Positions 1 through 8,325 of a DNA stretch of 64,000 nt are shown piece by piece. Every line of letters starts with the position of its first letter. Positions within the stretch are counted from its first letter, which is position 1. Source of the stretch: Patescibacteria group bacterium (lineage in GTDB: Bacteria; Patescibacteriota; Patescibacteriia; JAHIZJ01); the NCBI GenBank assembly GCA_041650335.1, contig JBAZLK010000001.1, positions 164,940-228,939 on the forward strand. The letters are read 5' to 3'. A program made the translations under genes and the position numbers. The notes under the pieces were generated by a model. The model made no database searches, had not been told where the DNA came from, and saw nothing but the letters and a program-made list of their open reading frames with translations.

Positions 1-2
1 CG

Positions 3-992
3 GTTCAAGGCGGTCTGGGCCGCATCTAGTCCATTCCAGGTGAAGTCGAGCTTGGCCCGGTAGTGAGCCAAGAGGCAATAGTATCGGAAAGCGATTGGAT
101 CATAGCCGCCTTCTTTCAGTGAGTCGAGAGTAATGAAATTGCCGGTTGACTTGGCCATTTTGCCTTCGTACAGCTGAAGGAAATCGCTGTGCAGCCAGTA
201 TTTCACGTACGGTTTTCCGGTCGCGGCCTCAGACTGAGCGATTTCGTTCGTATGATGGACGGGAATATGATCGATGCCGCCGGCATGAAGGTCGAACGTC
301 TCACCCAAGTATTTCATTGCCATGGCCGAGCACTCGATATGCCAGCCGGGAAAGCCGACGCCCCAGGGGGAAGGCCATTCCATCTGGCGCCGCGAGTTTT
401 TCGGCGAAAACTTCCAGAGTGCGAAGTCCGTCGGATTTTTCTTGGCGCTATTCTTCTTTACCCGGGCGCCTTCTTTCAGTCCCTTGACATCGAGCCTGGC
501 TAAATCGCCGTAGTGCGGAAATTTCGAGGTATCAAAGTAGATGCCGTCCGCGGTGGTATACGTAAAGCCCTTCTTTTCCAGCCGCTGGATCAGAACGATT
601 TGTTCGGAGATGTGCTCGGTGGCTTTCGCCCAAATAGTCGGCTCGAGAATATTCAGTTCAATGAGATTTTGTTTGAAGACCTTCGTGTAATATTCAGCGA
701 TCTCGGCGGCTGTTTTCCCTTCGCGCTTGGCGCCGAGTTCCATCTTGTCTTCACCCTCGTCGGCGTCCGAGGTGAGGTGGCCAACATCAGTGATGTTCAT
801 GACGTGCCGAACCGAATATCCGTCAAAAAGCAGAACGCGCTTTAACACGTCTTCAAAGAGATAGGTGCGGAGATTTCCGATATGGGCGTAATTGTAGACG
901 GTTAAGCCGCAGGTATATAAACCAACCCGCTTTTTCGCAAGCGGCGTAAAGGCTTCTTTTTTTCGGGTCAGGGTATTGAAGAGTGTTAGCAT
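3..992 (-). CDS. cysS: Cysteine--tRNA ligase (3' end runs off the window)
   Basis: Not in the ORF track; translated by hand from ATG 992. [34 protein letters not shown] (HIGH motif), [47 protein letters not shown] (KMSKS motif). Confidence 0.96.
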   Translation of the reverse strand, partial: MLTLFNTLTRKKEAFTPLAKKRVGLYTCGLTVYNYAHIGNLRTYLFEDVLKRVLLFDGYSVRHVMNITDVGHLTSDADEGEDKMELGAKREGKTAAEIAEYYTKVFKQNLIELNILEPTIWAKATEHISEQIVLIQRLEKKGFTYTTADGIYFDTSKFPHYGDLARLDVKGLKEGARVKKNSAKKNPTDFALWKFSPKNSRRQMEWPSPWGVGFPGWHIECSAMAMKYLGETFDLHAGGIDHIPVHHTNEIAQSEAATGKPYVKYWLHSDFLQLYEGKMAKSTGNFITLDSLKEGGYDPIAFRYYCLLAHYRAKLDFTWNGLDAAQTALN

Positions 993-1023
993 CGCGCCTA
1001 TAGTGTAGCAATTTTACGCTAAT

Positions 1024-1049
1024 AAAAAAAGCCCCCTCGGTGAGGCGGC
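1024..1049 (-). terminator. Intrinsic terminator after the Clp-like ATPase
   Basis: Minus strand reads GCCGCCTC-ACC-GAGGGGGC followed by TTTTTTT, just past the stop at 1081. Confidence 0.7.
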
Positions 1050-1080
1050 AAGATATAAACTCAACCACTGGCGCCAGCGG

Positions 1081-2070
1081 TTACTTCTTTTCGGCGCGTT
1101 GTTCAGCTTCTTCTTTCAAATCCTCTTCCACCGCTTCGGCGTTTTGCTCCCACTCTTCAACCACCTGTTTGACGTCGTTTTTGGTCAGTTGTGGATAGAG
1201 GCCCTGCTGGTATTTCTCGGGGTTGCTTAGGGCGTCGAGCCTGACTTTGGCGGCCGCTTCATCGATAATGTCGATTGCTTTATCCGGAAAGGTCCGTTTG
1301 ACCAGAACGTTCTGGCCGAGTGCGACGGCTTCCTCGATCGCCTCATCGGTAATACCGACTTGATGGTGCTGTTCATAGCGTTGCCGTATCCCTTTCAGGA
1401 TCTCAATCGTCTGTTCGGGGGTTGATTCCTCCACGTGGACAGGTTGAAACCGCCGTTCGAGCGTCTGGTCGTGTTCCAGATATTTACTGTAGTCCTGGCT
1501 GGTCGTGGCGCCGACCACCTGGAGGTCGCCTCGAGCCAGGGCCGGCTTCAGGATATCGGCGGCATTGATTGCGCCCGTAGCCTCGCCGGCTTCTGCCAGG
1601 GTATGAAGCTCGTCGATGAACAGAATAATATTGCGCCGGCTGGCGATAATCTCATCAAGAATGCCCTTCAACCGTTTTTCAAACTCGCCCCGGTATTTGG
1701 TGCCGGCGACCAGGCCGGACAAATCGAGCTGTAATACACGTTTACTCTTCAGCGGTTCAGGCACGTTACCAGAAGCGATTTCGTTTGCCAGTTCTTCGAC
1801 GATCGCGGTCTTGCCAACGCCGGAATCGCCGATTAGGACCGGGTTATTTTTTGTCCGCCGGGACAATATTTGGATCACCCGTTCGATCTGATGTTTTCGG
1901 CCGATCACGGGATCGAGTTTGTCTTGAAGGGCGAGCTGGGTCAGGTCGCGGGCATAGAGATTGAGTAGGGGCGTTTTCCCACCACTAATGCTGCGGCCCT
2001 TGCCCTGGGCAAACCACAAAGCCAAACCAGTGATGATGCCAAAGCCAATGAGGTAGGGGATGAAGTCCAT
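1081..2070 (-). CDS. Membrane-anchored ClpA/B/C-family AAA+ ATPase, first (D1) module only
   Basis: [25 protein letters not shown] (Walker A), GTKYRGEFE pore loop, LFIDELH (Walker B), LERRFQ, FPDKAID. N-terminal hydrophobic helix. No Clp-N, M or D2 domain. Confidence 0.88.
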   Translation of the reverse strand: MDFIPYLIGFGIITGLALWFAQGKGRSISGGKTPLLNLYARDLTQLALQDKLDPVIGRKHQIERVIQILSRRTKNNPVLIGDSGVGKTAIVEELANEIASGNVPEPLKSKRVLQLDLSGLVAGTKYRGEFEKRLKGILDEIIASRRNIILFIDELHTLAEAGEATGAINAADILKPALARGDLQVVGATTSQDYSKYLEHDQTLERRFQPVHVEESTPEQTIEILKGIRQRYEQHHQVGITDEAIEEAVALGQNVLVKRTFPDKAIDIIDEAAAKVRLDALSNPEKYQQGLYPQLTKNDVKQVVEEWEQNAEAVEEDLKEEAEQRAEKK

Positions 2071-2073
2071 AGA

Positions 2074-3000
2074 TTATTCGAGCATTCGTTTCTTTTTCAT
2101 GTACCAATACATGGCGAGCGCCGAGCCGAAACACAGCGCCAGGGGCAGCCAGAAATTGAAGGTGGCGCCCAAAACCGGAAAGTACCCTTTCATTAAGCCG
2201 AAAATAGAGGCTGAAACGTAGATCGGGAGCACCAGGGCGGAAATCACAGTCAACGTCTTCATGATATCATTTATCCGAAACGAGATTAATGACTCGTTCG
2301 TCTGTTGGAGGGCCTCAATCGTTTCCTTGAAGCCCTGGAGGGTGTCCCAGATGTCCTTGGTGTCGTCGATCAGTTGCTCAAAATATGTCCGGAGGCCGTT
2401 GATACGAAAGACGCTCGGTTCGCGGCTATCGATCATCTTTTTCAGCACGTTTTTGTGCGACTGCATGATCTTCCGGAAATTGGTTATATTCCGTCGGATG
2501 ACCAGTATTTCTCGAACCATGCCTTTTTCATTTCCGGCGAAGATACGCGATTCAATGTTTCCGATATCGATATTCAAATGGTCCAGCATCGGATAACAGT
2601 AGAGGAGGAGAGAATTGATTATTGCGTAGGCCAGCTTCTCCATGCCGTCGCGCATGTATTTATCGCGGGCATCGTCATTAACTGAGCATAAGTCGAACAT
2701 GTCGACGAGCGGGGGAAGGTTATTGTCGTGAACGGTAATGAAATAATCCGGACCGATAAAAAAATCCACCTCAGATGGCCTGATCTCCCGGGTTTTCCGG
2801 TCGAACACAGGGAAGAGGAGGATAAGGAAAATATAGTCGGTATATTTGTCGACGTTTGGGCGCTGGGCGGGCGATAAGCAATCTTCCAGATCGAGCGGGT
2901 GGAATTTGAAATTCTGGCGGAGATACTCGATCTCTTCGTTCGTTGGTTTTACAATATTTATCCAACGAAGCCCATTACAGGTGAGGGTTTTGACGTTCAT
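2074..3000 (-). CDS. corA: CorA-family divalent cation transporter
   Basis: FHPLDLEDCLSPAQRPNVD, INDIMKTLTVIS and two C-terminal TM helices. Signature reads GLM instead of GMN. Start could instead be 3039; 3000 preferred because a -10 box lies at 3044-3049. Confidence 0.88.
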   Translation of the reverse strand: MNVKTLTCNGLRWINIVKPTNEEIEYLRQNFKFHPLDLEDCLSPAQRPNVDKYTDYIFLILLFPVFDRKTREIRPSEVDFFIGPDYFITVHDNNLPPLVDMFDLCSVNDDARDKYMRDGMEKLAYAIINSLLLYCYPMLDHLNIDIGNIESRIFAGNEKGMVREILVIRRNITNFRKIMQSHKNVLKKMIDSREPSVFRINGLRTYFEQLIDDTKDIWDTLQGFKETIEALQQTNESLISFRINDIMKTLTVISALVLPIYVSASIFGLMKGYFPVLGATFNFWLPLALCFGSALAMYWYMKKKRMLE

Positions 3001-3043
3001 GTTGTGTTTTTGCTTTTGTTTTTGAATTTCACCGAACATCTAT

Positions 3044-3072
3044 ATTGTAGCACATTTTTAGGAATATTGCAA
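3044..3072 (-). promoter_or_regulatory. Sigma70-type promoter for corA and the Clp-like gene
   Basis: Minus strand TTGCAA-N17-TACAAT with an extended TG motif. Confidence 0.55.
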
Positions 3073-3151
3073 GCCTTAAAAGGCAAAGTGAGGCGCCGGC
3101 GAAATGGGGTTCGACGGCGCTCATAGGGTGGGAAAAAGGGCGGGGCGGTCT

Positions 3152-3700
3152 TCACGGTTCCTTCAGGCCGCAGTTCGTGGCCTGAAGTTTCACCGGGATC
3201 AGGAATCGTTGGACGATCCGTTCTTCCGGTGGGGTCGGCCCACAGGACGGCTGGTAGATCGCCACCAGCTCGACTTGTCGGTACCCGTCGTAGCGGTTCG
3301 GAACGTTGAACCGGAAACCTTGTCCGAACCTCCGTTCGTTGACGCGAACGGCTTTCGTCCAGCGCTTTGGCTCATCACTGAACCGCCACTCGATCGATTC
3401 TACCTTGTACCCGTACGGGTAGGCAGGCAGGAAGCCGAAGGTGAGCGCGGTTGCGTTCGTGTTGACCTGTTCGGCGATCCATGTCGAGTCAGTCGCGGTG
3501 GTGTCGGCCTCAAGCTTCAGCCGGTAATAGCGCTTCAGCTGGAGGTCGTTCATGACATATAGTGCCGGATTCTCGCGGCACTCGGCGCCGATGAAGTTGA
3601 CCGTCACGCTACGCGGCGTCTTCACCACGTAACACGTACAGCCATTCCCGACGGCGAGGATCGTCGCCAGCAGACAGAGAACGAACAACGTCCGGTACAT
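3152..3700 (-). CDS. Hypothetical exported or lipoprotein
   Basis: 182 aa. Signal-peptide-like N-terminus with LAVGNGC, strong GGAGG Shine-Dalgarno, coding-like GC3 bias. Confidence 0.7.
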   Translation of the reverse strand: MYRTLFVLCLLATILAVGNGCTCYVVKTPRSVTVNFIGAECRENPALYVMNDLQLKRYYRLKLEADTTATDSTWIAEQVNTNATALTFGFLPAYPYGYKVESIEWRFSDEPKRWTKAVRVNERRFGQGFRFNVPNRYDGYRQVELVAIYQPSCGPTPPEERIVQRFLIPVKLQATNCGLKEP

Positions 3701-3760
3701 GGTCTATCCCTCCAATTCATGGTGGTGCTTGCATTCCCTCCTAAGCCTGAAAAACAAGGT

Positions 3761-3789
3761 ATAATAGCACAGGTAAGTAATATTGTCAA
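3761..3789 (-). promoter_or_regulatory. Sigma70 promoter for the 3152-3700 gene
   Basis: Minus strand TTGACA-N17-TATTAT with an extended TG motif. Confidence 0.65.
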
Positions 3790-3860
3790 TGGCTTAAGAA
3801 GACTGGAGGATTATCACGTCTTCTTTGCCAAAAGGCAAAAAATATGATATATTATAAGTG

Positions 3861-4388
3861 ATGCAATACGGAAATGCCCCAAAAAACGTAGACGTTGAAC
3901 CGGTTCTCCCGGAAAAACAAGTTGATCAACCAGAACGCACTGGCGAACCGGGAAGTATTGAAATAAAACGTCCGGTTGAAAAGAAAGAACAGCCGGTTGA
4001 GGTGCACATCGAACGGCCGAAGGAACTGCCAAAAACCGAAACCGGCGAGCAGCCGCTTTCGTCAGCGCCGCCGCCCGCCGCAGCAACGGTTCCCGTGCCG
4101 GCAAAATCAGAAACTTATCGCCAAATTGAGCAAATATTAGAAGATGACTTGTTCCAGGTGTATCAGGCCATGGACGAGCCGACCAAGCGCCGCTTTCGGG
4201 ACGAGGGTGAAAAAACCACCTCAAAAATTGAGGTTATCCTCCAAGCCACCAAGATACAGGTGAAGAAGATCCTCGATCTGATCAAGAACTGGCTGAAGAT
4301 CATCCCGCGGATAAACAAGCATTTTCTTACACAAGAGGCAAAGATAAAAACCGACCGCATTATTGCCTTAAAAGATAATCAAAAATAA
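3861..4388 (+). CDS. Conserved hypothetical protein (Pro/Glu-rich N-terminus, helical C-terminal domain)
   Basis: About 175 aa ORF directly upstream of the ATPase. C-terminus IKNWLKIIPRINKHFLTQEAKIKTD resembles a CPR hypothetical family (from recollection). Confidence 0.75.
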   Translation: MQYGNAPKNVDVEPVLPEKQVDQPERTGEPGSIEIKRPVEKKEQPVEVHIERPKELPKTETGEQPLSSAPPPAAATVPVPAKSETYRQIEQILEDDLFQVYQAMDEPTKRRFRDEGEKTTSKIEVILQATKIQVKKILDLIKNWLKIIPRINKHFLTQEAKIKTDRIIALKDNQK

Positions 4389-4395
4389 ACCACCT

Positions 4396-6945
4396 ATGGT
4401 TTGGCTTTTGGCTGCGACAGTCAGTCTGCCCGAGGCAACAGCGGTGATCGAGAGCGATACCGGCGGTAACGTACTGGTGACCGTGTTTGTGTTGCTAGGG
4501 ATCGTGGCGCTTGTGATGGCGCTTTTTTCCATATTCCGCTGGGCCATGAATAATACCATGCTTATCCCGATGGCTTTCCGGCGAAAAGTCCTGATGATCT
4601 CAGTGCCAAAGGAGCACTTGGAGCTCCAGGAGCAACAGGACAAGCACAAGGGGAACGTCAAGGAACTGATCGCAGTTGCTGAGGCGCTCTATGCAAATCT
4701 CGGCGGTATTGTCCGGATGCAAAAATGGTATTCACGGCTGCTCTACGGCCGGCACGATCATCTCGCCCTGGAAATCGTGGCCGATAAGGGCTTTGTTTCG
4801 TTTATTGTGGCGATACCGTTCCAATATCATGAATTCATTGAGCAGCAGATTCATGCCCAGTATCCCGAAGCCCATGTCGAAGCAATGGAGGACTACAATA
4901 TATTTTCTCCGCACGGCGTCATCAAGATGAACAATCTGAAATTGTCGCGCTCAAACATGTATCCGATCCGGACCTATCAGAAATTGGAGGTTGATCCGAT
5001 GAATGCTATCACGAACGTCTTAAGCAAGATCACGGAGCCGGAAGGGGCCGCCATCCAAATACTCTTTCGACGGGCCGGCCGGGGCTGGCAGCACGCCGCC
5101 CACTCATACGCGCGCAAGGTGATTCAGGGGAAGGGCGGTCAGGCCGGTTCCGGCGCCATGATGGGGGATCTGTGGCGCTCGGCGTTTCCGAGTAAGATGC
5201 AGGATCAGAACGAACAGCAAAAAAAGAATTTTTATAAACTGTCGCCGATCGAAGAGGGTAAAATGAAAGCGGTCAGCGAAAAGGCGGAGAAAATCGGCTT
5301 TGAGGTTAATCTGCGGGTTATTGTTTCAGCGCGTGATATCGACCGAGCGAAGATTTATATGGATAATATTTTGAACTCATTTACGCAATACACTGCCCAT
5401 GAAACGGGTAATAGTTTCCGAAAGGCCAAGGTATATCTGAAACATCGGTTCATCCATGATTTTATCTTCCGGAATTTCCGCCGCCGGAACAGCTTCATCC
5501 TGAATACTGAGGAGTTAACCAGCCTCTGGCATTTGCCGTTGTCTGACACGGAAACGCCGAATATCCGCTGGGCCGCGGCCAAACGCTCGGCCCCGCCCGT
5601 TGATTTGCCGACCGAAGGGCTGATTCTCGGCCGGAGCAGCTACCGCGGCCGCGATCTGCTCGTTCGGATAAAGAAAGACGACCGGCGGCGGCATGTCTAT
5701 GTCATTGGTAAATCCGGTGTCGGTAAATCCGTCTTAATGACGAACATGGCGGTCCAGGACATTAAAAACGGCGAGGGTGTTTGCGTCGTTGATCCTCATG
5801 GCGATTTGATCGAAGACATCCTCGGGCAGATACCGAAAGAACGCAGCGACGACGTCATAATTTTTGATCCGTCCGATACCGAACGCCCAGTCGGCCTGAA
5901 CATGCTCGAAGCACAGACGCCGATGGATCGGGATTTCGCCGTGCAAGAAATGATCAGCATTTTCTACAAGCTTTTCCCGCCGGAAATGATCGGGCCGATG
6001 TTCGAACATAACATGCGCAACGTCATGCTGACGCTGATGGCGGATACGGTCCAGCCCGGCACGATCGTTGAAATTCCGCGCATGTTCACCGATCCGGAAT
6101 ACCAGAAATTCAAACTCCGCAAGGTGACCGATCCGGTGGTGCGGAATTTCTGGGAAAAAGAGATGGCCAAGACGACCGATTTTCATAAATCGGAAATGCT
6201 CGGCTACCTCATTTCGAAAGTTGGCCGTTTCGTCGAGAACGAAATGATGCGGAACATCATCGGCCAGTCGCGCTCCGGCTTTGATTTTGAAGAAATCATG
6301 AACAAGCGGAAAATTCTGCTCGTTAATCTGTCGAAAGGCAAGACCGGCGAGGTCAACAGCTCGCTGCTCGGCTTGATCATCGTTTCAAAGCTCCAGATGG
6401 CGGCGCTCCATCGCGCCAATCTCCCTTCGGAACAGCGGCACGATTTCTATCTCTACATCGACGAATTCCAGAATTTCGTGACCGATAGCGTGGCCACCAT
6501 CTTATCTGAAGCGAGAAAGTACCGTCTGAACCTCATCATCGCGCATCAATACATCAGCCAGTTGGTTCAGAATAACGACACCAAGATACGCGACGCTGTT
6601 CTCGGCAACGCCGGGACGATTATCTCGTTCAAGGTCGGGGTTGAGGACTCGCAAATGGTGGCAAAAATCTATGCGCCCGTCTTTAATGAGTTTGACGTCA
6701 TGAACATCGAGAAATACAACGCCTACGTCAAGCTCCTGATCGACAATCAAACTGGTCGCGCCTTTAACATGCAGACGATTGCGCCGTTGCCGGGCGACCG
6801 GGCGCTGGCGCAACGGATCAAGGAGCTGTCGCGCTTGAAACACGGGCGCGAAAAGAAGGTCGTGGAAACGGAAATAATGGAACGGAGTCAGTTGGGCGCG
6901 CCGGCGGCCCGTCTTGGTGACACCGTTGGGGAACGACACATGTAG
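4396..6945 (+). CDS. VirD4/TraD/TrwB-like coupling ATPase (HerA/FtsK superfamily) with N-terminal TM anchor
   Basis: RRRHVYVIGKSGVGKS (Walker A), VVDPHGDL, YLYIDEFQNF (Walker B), SEARKYRLNLIIAHQ. Confidence 0.85.
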   Translation: MVWLLAATVSLPEATAVIESDTGGNVLVTVFVLLGIVALVMALFSIFRWAMNNTMLIPMAFRRKVLMISVPKEHLELQEQQDKHKGNVKELIAVAEALYANLGGIVRMQKWYSRLLYGRHDHLALEIVADKGFVSFIVAIPFQYHEFIEQQIHAQYPEAHVEAMEDYNIFSPHGVIKMNNLKLSRSNMYPIRTYQKLEVDPMNAITNVLSKITEPEGAAIQILFRRAGRGWQHAAHSYARKVIQGKGGQAGSGAMMGDLWRSAFPSKMQDQNEQQKKNFYKLSPIEEGKMKAVSEKAEKIGFEVNLRVIVSARDIDRAKIYMDNILNSFTQYTAHETGNSFRKAKVYLKHRFIHDFIFRNFRRRNSFILNTEELTSLWHLPLSDTETPNIRWAAAKRSAPPVDLPTEGLILGRSSYRGRDLLVRIKKDDRRRHVYVIGKSGVGKSVLMTNMAVQDIKNGEGVCVVDPHGDLIEDILGQIPKERSDDVIIFDPSDTERPVGLNMLEAQTPMDRDFAVQEMISIFYKLFPPEMIGPMFEHNMRNVMLTLMADTVQPGTIVEIPRMFTDPEYQKFKLRKVTDPVVRNFWEKEMAKTTDFHKSEMLGYLISKVGRFVENEMMRNIIGQSRSGFDFEEIMNKRKILLVNLSKGKTGEVNSSLLGLIIVSKLQMAALHRANLPSEQRHDFYLYIDEFQNFVTDSVATILSEARKYRLNLIIAHQYISQLVQNNDTKIRDAVLGNAGTIISFKVGVEDSQMVAKIYAPVFNEFDVMNIEKYNAYVKLLIDNQTGRAFNMQTIAPLPGDRALAQRIKELSRLKHGREKKVVETEIMERSQLGAPAARLGDTVGERHM

Positions 6946-6980
6946 TCGGGTCATGATTTTTCCGTTATACTAAGGGTGCT

Positions 6981-7502
6981 ATGACACCTCTTATTTTTTT
7001 AGCACTGATTATCATTGTCGCCGTCTCTGCTCTCTGGGCAAGCTTCTCGGCGGCGCCGTGGCTGCCGACACGGGCAAAAGACATCGATCGATTGCTTGAA
7101 CTGGCCAAGCTGTCGCCCGGGAGCCTGGTATATGATTTAGGCTGCGGCGACGCACGGCTGCTCATGCGAGCCGCGCGAAAATATGGCGCGCACGGCGTCG
7201 GGTTTGAGATATCGATTCTGCCATTTTTATGGTCATGGGTCAGGGTAGCGCTGTCAAAAGAACGTGGGCGCATCACAATCAAGTATCGCAATTTCTATCA
7301 GGTTGACCTCGCGGCCGCTGACGCCGTCGTCTGTTTCTTGACGCCGCCGGCGATGATAAAGTTAGAACCAAAACTGCGCCAGGAATTACGGTCGGGCAGT
7401 TGCTTCGTCACGTATTGTTTTAAATTGCCAACCTGGCAACCGACCACGGTCAGTCGGCCGGACAAAAAAGACATACCGATCTACGTCTATACCAAGAATT
7501 GA
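6981..7502 (+). CDS. Membrane-anchored class I SAM-dependent methyltransferase (FAM173-like)
   Basis: N-terminal TM helix, APWLPT, VYDLGCGDAR motif I, GFEIS. Confidence 0.85.
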   Translation: MTPLIFLALIIIVAVSALWASFSAAPWLPTRAKDIDRLLELAKLSPGSLVYDLGCGDARLLMRAARKYGAHGVGFEISILPFLWSWVRVALSKERGRITIKYRNFYQVDLAAADAVVCFLTPPAMIKLEPKLRQELRSGSCFVTYCFKLPTWQPTTVSRPDKKDIPIYVYTKN

Positions 7503-7527
7503 CGCGGAACCGGCCATGTTGTATACT
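7499..7527 (+). promoter_or_regulatory. Sigma70 promoter
   Basis: TTGACG-N17-TATACT upstream of ATG 7587. Confidence 0.65.
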
Positions 7528-7586
7528 ATGATTTGATAATAAACAAAGCAAACATAAACGAAATAATACACTAAAAAAGAAGACAA

Positions 7587-8198
7587 ATGCCTGACGAAAT
7601 AACACGACTCGCGAAAATAAAAGAAGCAATTGAAAACGCTCAAGCCAATCTCCAGATCGCCCGGCAACTGATTGCCGAGATCGGCGGAAAGGAACTGGAT
7701 GAGCAACTCGCCCTGAATATCAAGGTTGAGGGCAAAGTGGCTGAAGGGCCGGAAGGAAAAATAATCGAGGGCCAGTTTGACGGGCAGAATATGCTTGGAC
7801 CTGACGGGAAACAGTATTCGGTGCCGGCCAATTATGCTTCAAAGTCAAAGCTAGTCGAAGGCGATACGTTAAAACTTACGATCACGCCAGACGGATCGTT
7901 TGTCTATAAGCAGATCGGACCAATCGAGCGCCAACGCTTGATTGGCGTATTAACGCGCGATGAAGAAACGAACGAATTCCGCGTCTTGGCAAACAATAAA
8001 AGCTACCGCGTCTTGCTGGCCAGCATCACGTATTTCAAAGGCGAGCCGGGTGATGAAGTTGTGATCCTGGTGCCGAAAGAAAAAGACAGCCGTTGGGCAG
8101 CGGTTGAGAACATCATCAAAAAAACAGCCTCGGCCGGTCTCCAGACTGAGACGCCGCCGAACCCTGTTGGCCCGGATGAAATGAAGGATTTGACCTAG
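7587..8198 (+). CDS. Conserved hypothetical protein
   Basis: 203 aa with IIEGQFDGQNM..YSVPANYASKSKLVEGD..YKQIGP. Has its own promoter and terminator. Confidence 0.8.
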   Translation: MPDEITRLAKIKEAIENAQANLQIARQLIAEIGGKELDEQLALNIKVEGKVAEGPEGKIIEGQFDGQNMLGPDGKQYSVPANYASKSKLVEGDTLKLTITPDGSFVYKQIGPIERQRLIGVLTRDEETNEFRVLANNKSYRVLLASITYFKGEPGDEVVILVPKEKDSRWAAVENIIKKTASAGLQTETPPNPVGPDEMKDLT

Positions 8199-8220
8199 AA
8201 ATCGCATCATAACGTATATC

Positions 8221-8256
8221 AGACAGCCAAGACGTCAGGTCGGCTGTCTTTCGTTT
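8221..8256 (+). terminator. Intrinsic terminator
   Basis: AGACAGCC...GGCTGTCT stem followed by TTCGTTT. Confidence 0.6.
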
Positions 8257-8266
8257 CACTCGTCTT

Positions 8267-8295
8267 TTGCCAAAACAGGTCTTTATTGCTAAGAT
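8267..8295 (+). promoter_or_regulatory. Sigma70 promoter for dnaX
   Basis: TTGCCA-N17-TAAGAT with an extended TG motif. Confidence 0.55.
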
Positions 8296-8325
8296 AGGGA
8301 AGGACAATTTCATAACGATCACCCC

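Noticed and set aside
146-1068. Short ORFs listed in the track at the window start
   Set aside because: They overlap the real minus-strand cysS, which the track missed because it runs off the edge.
3093-3122. GGGGTTCGA resembling a tRNA T-loop
   Set aside because: No cloverleaf can be built; it is a simple hairpin downstream of the orphan gene.
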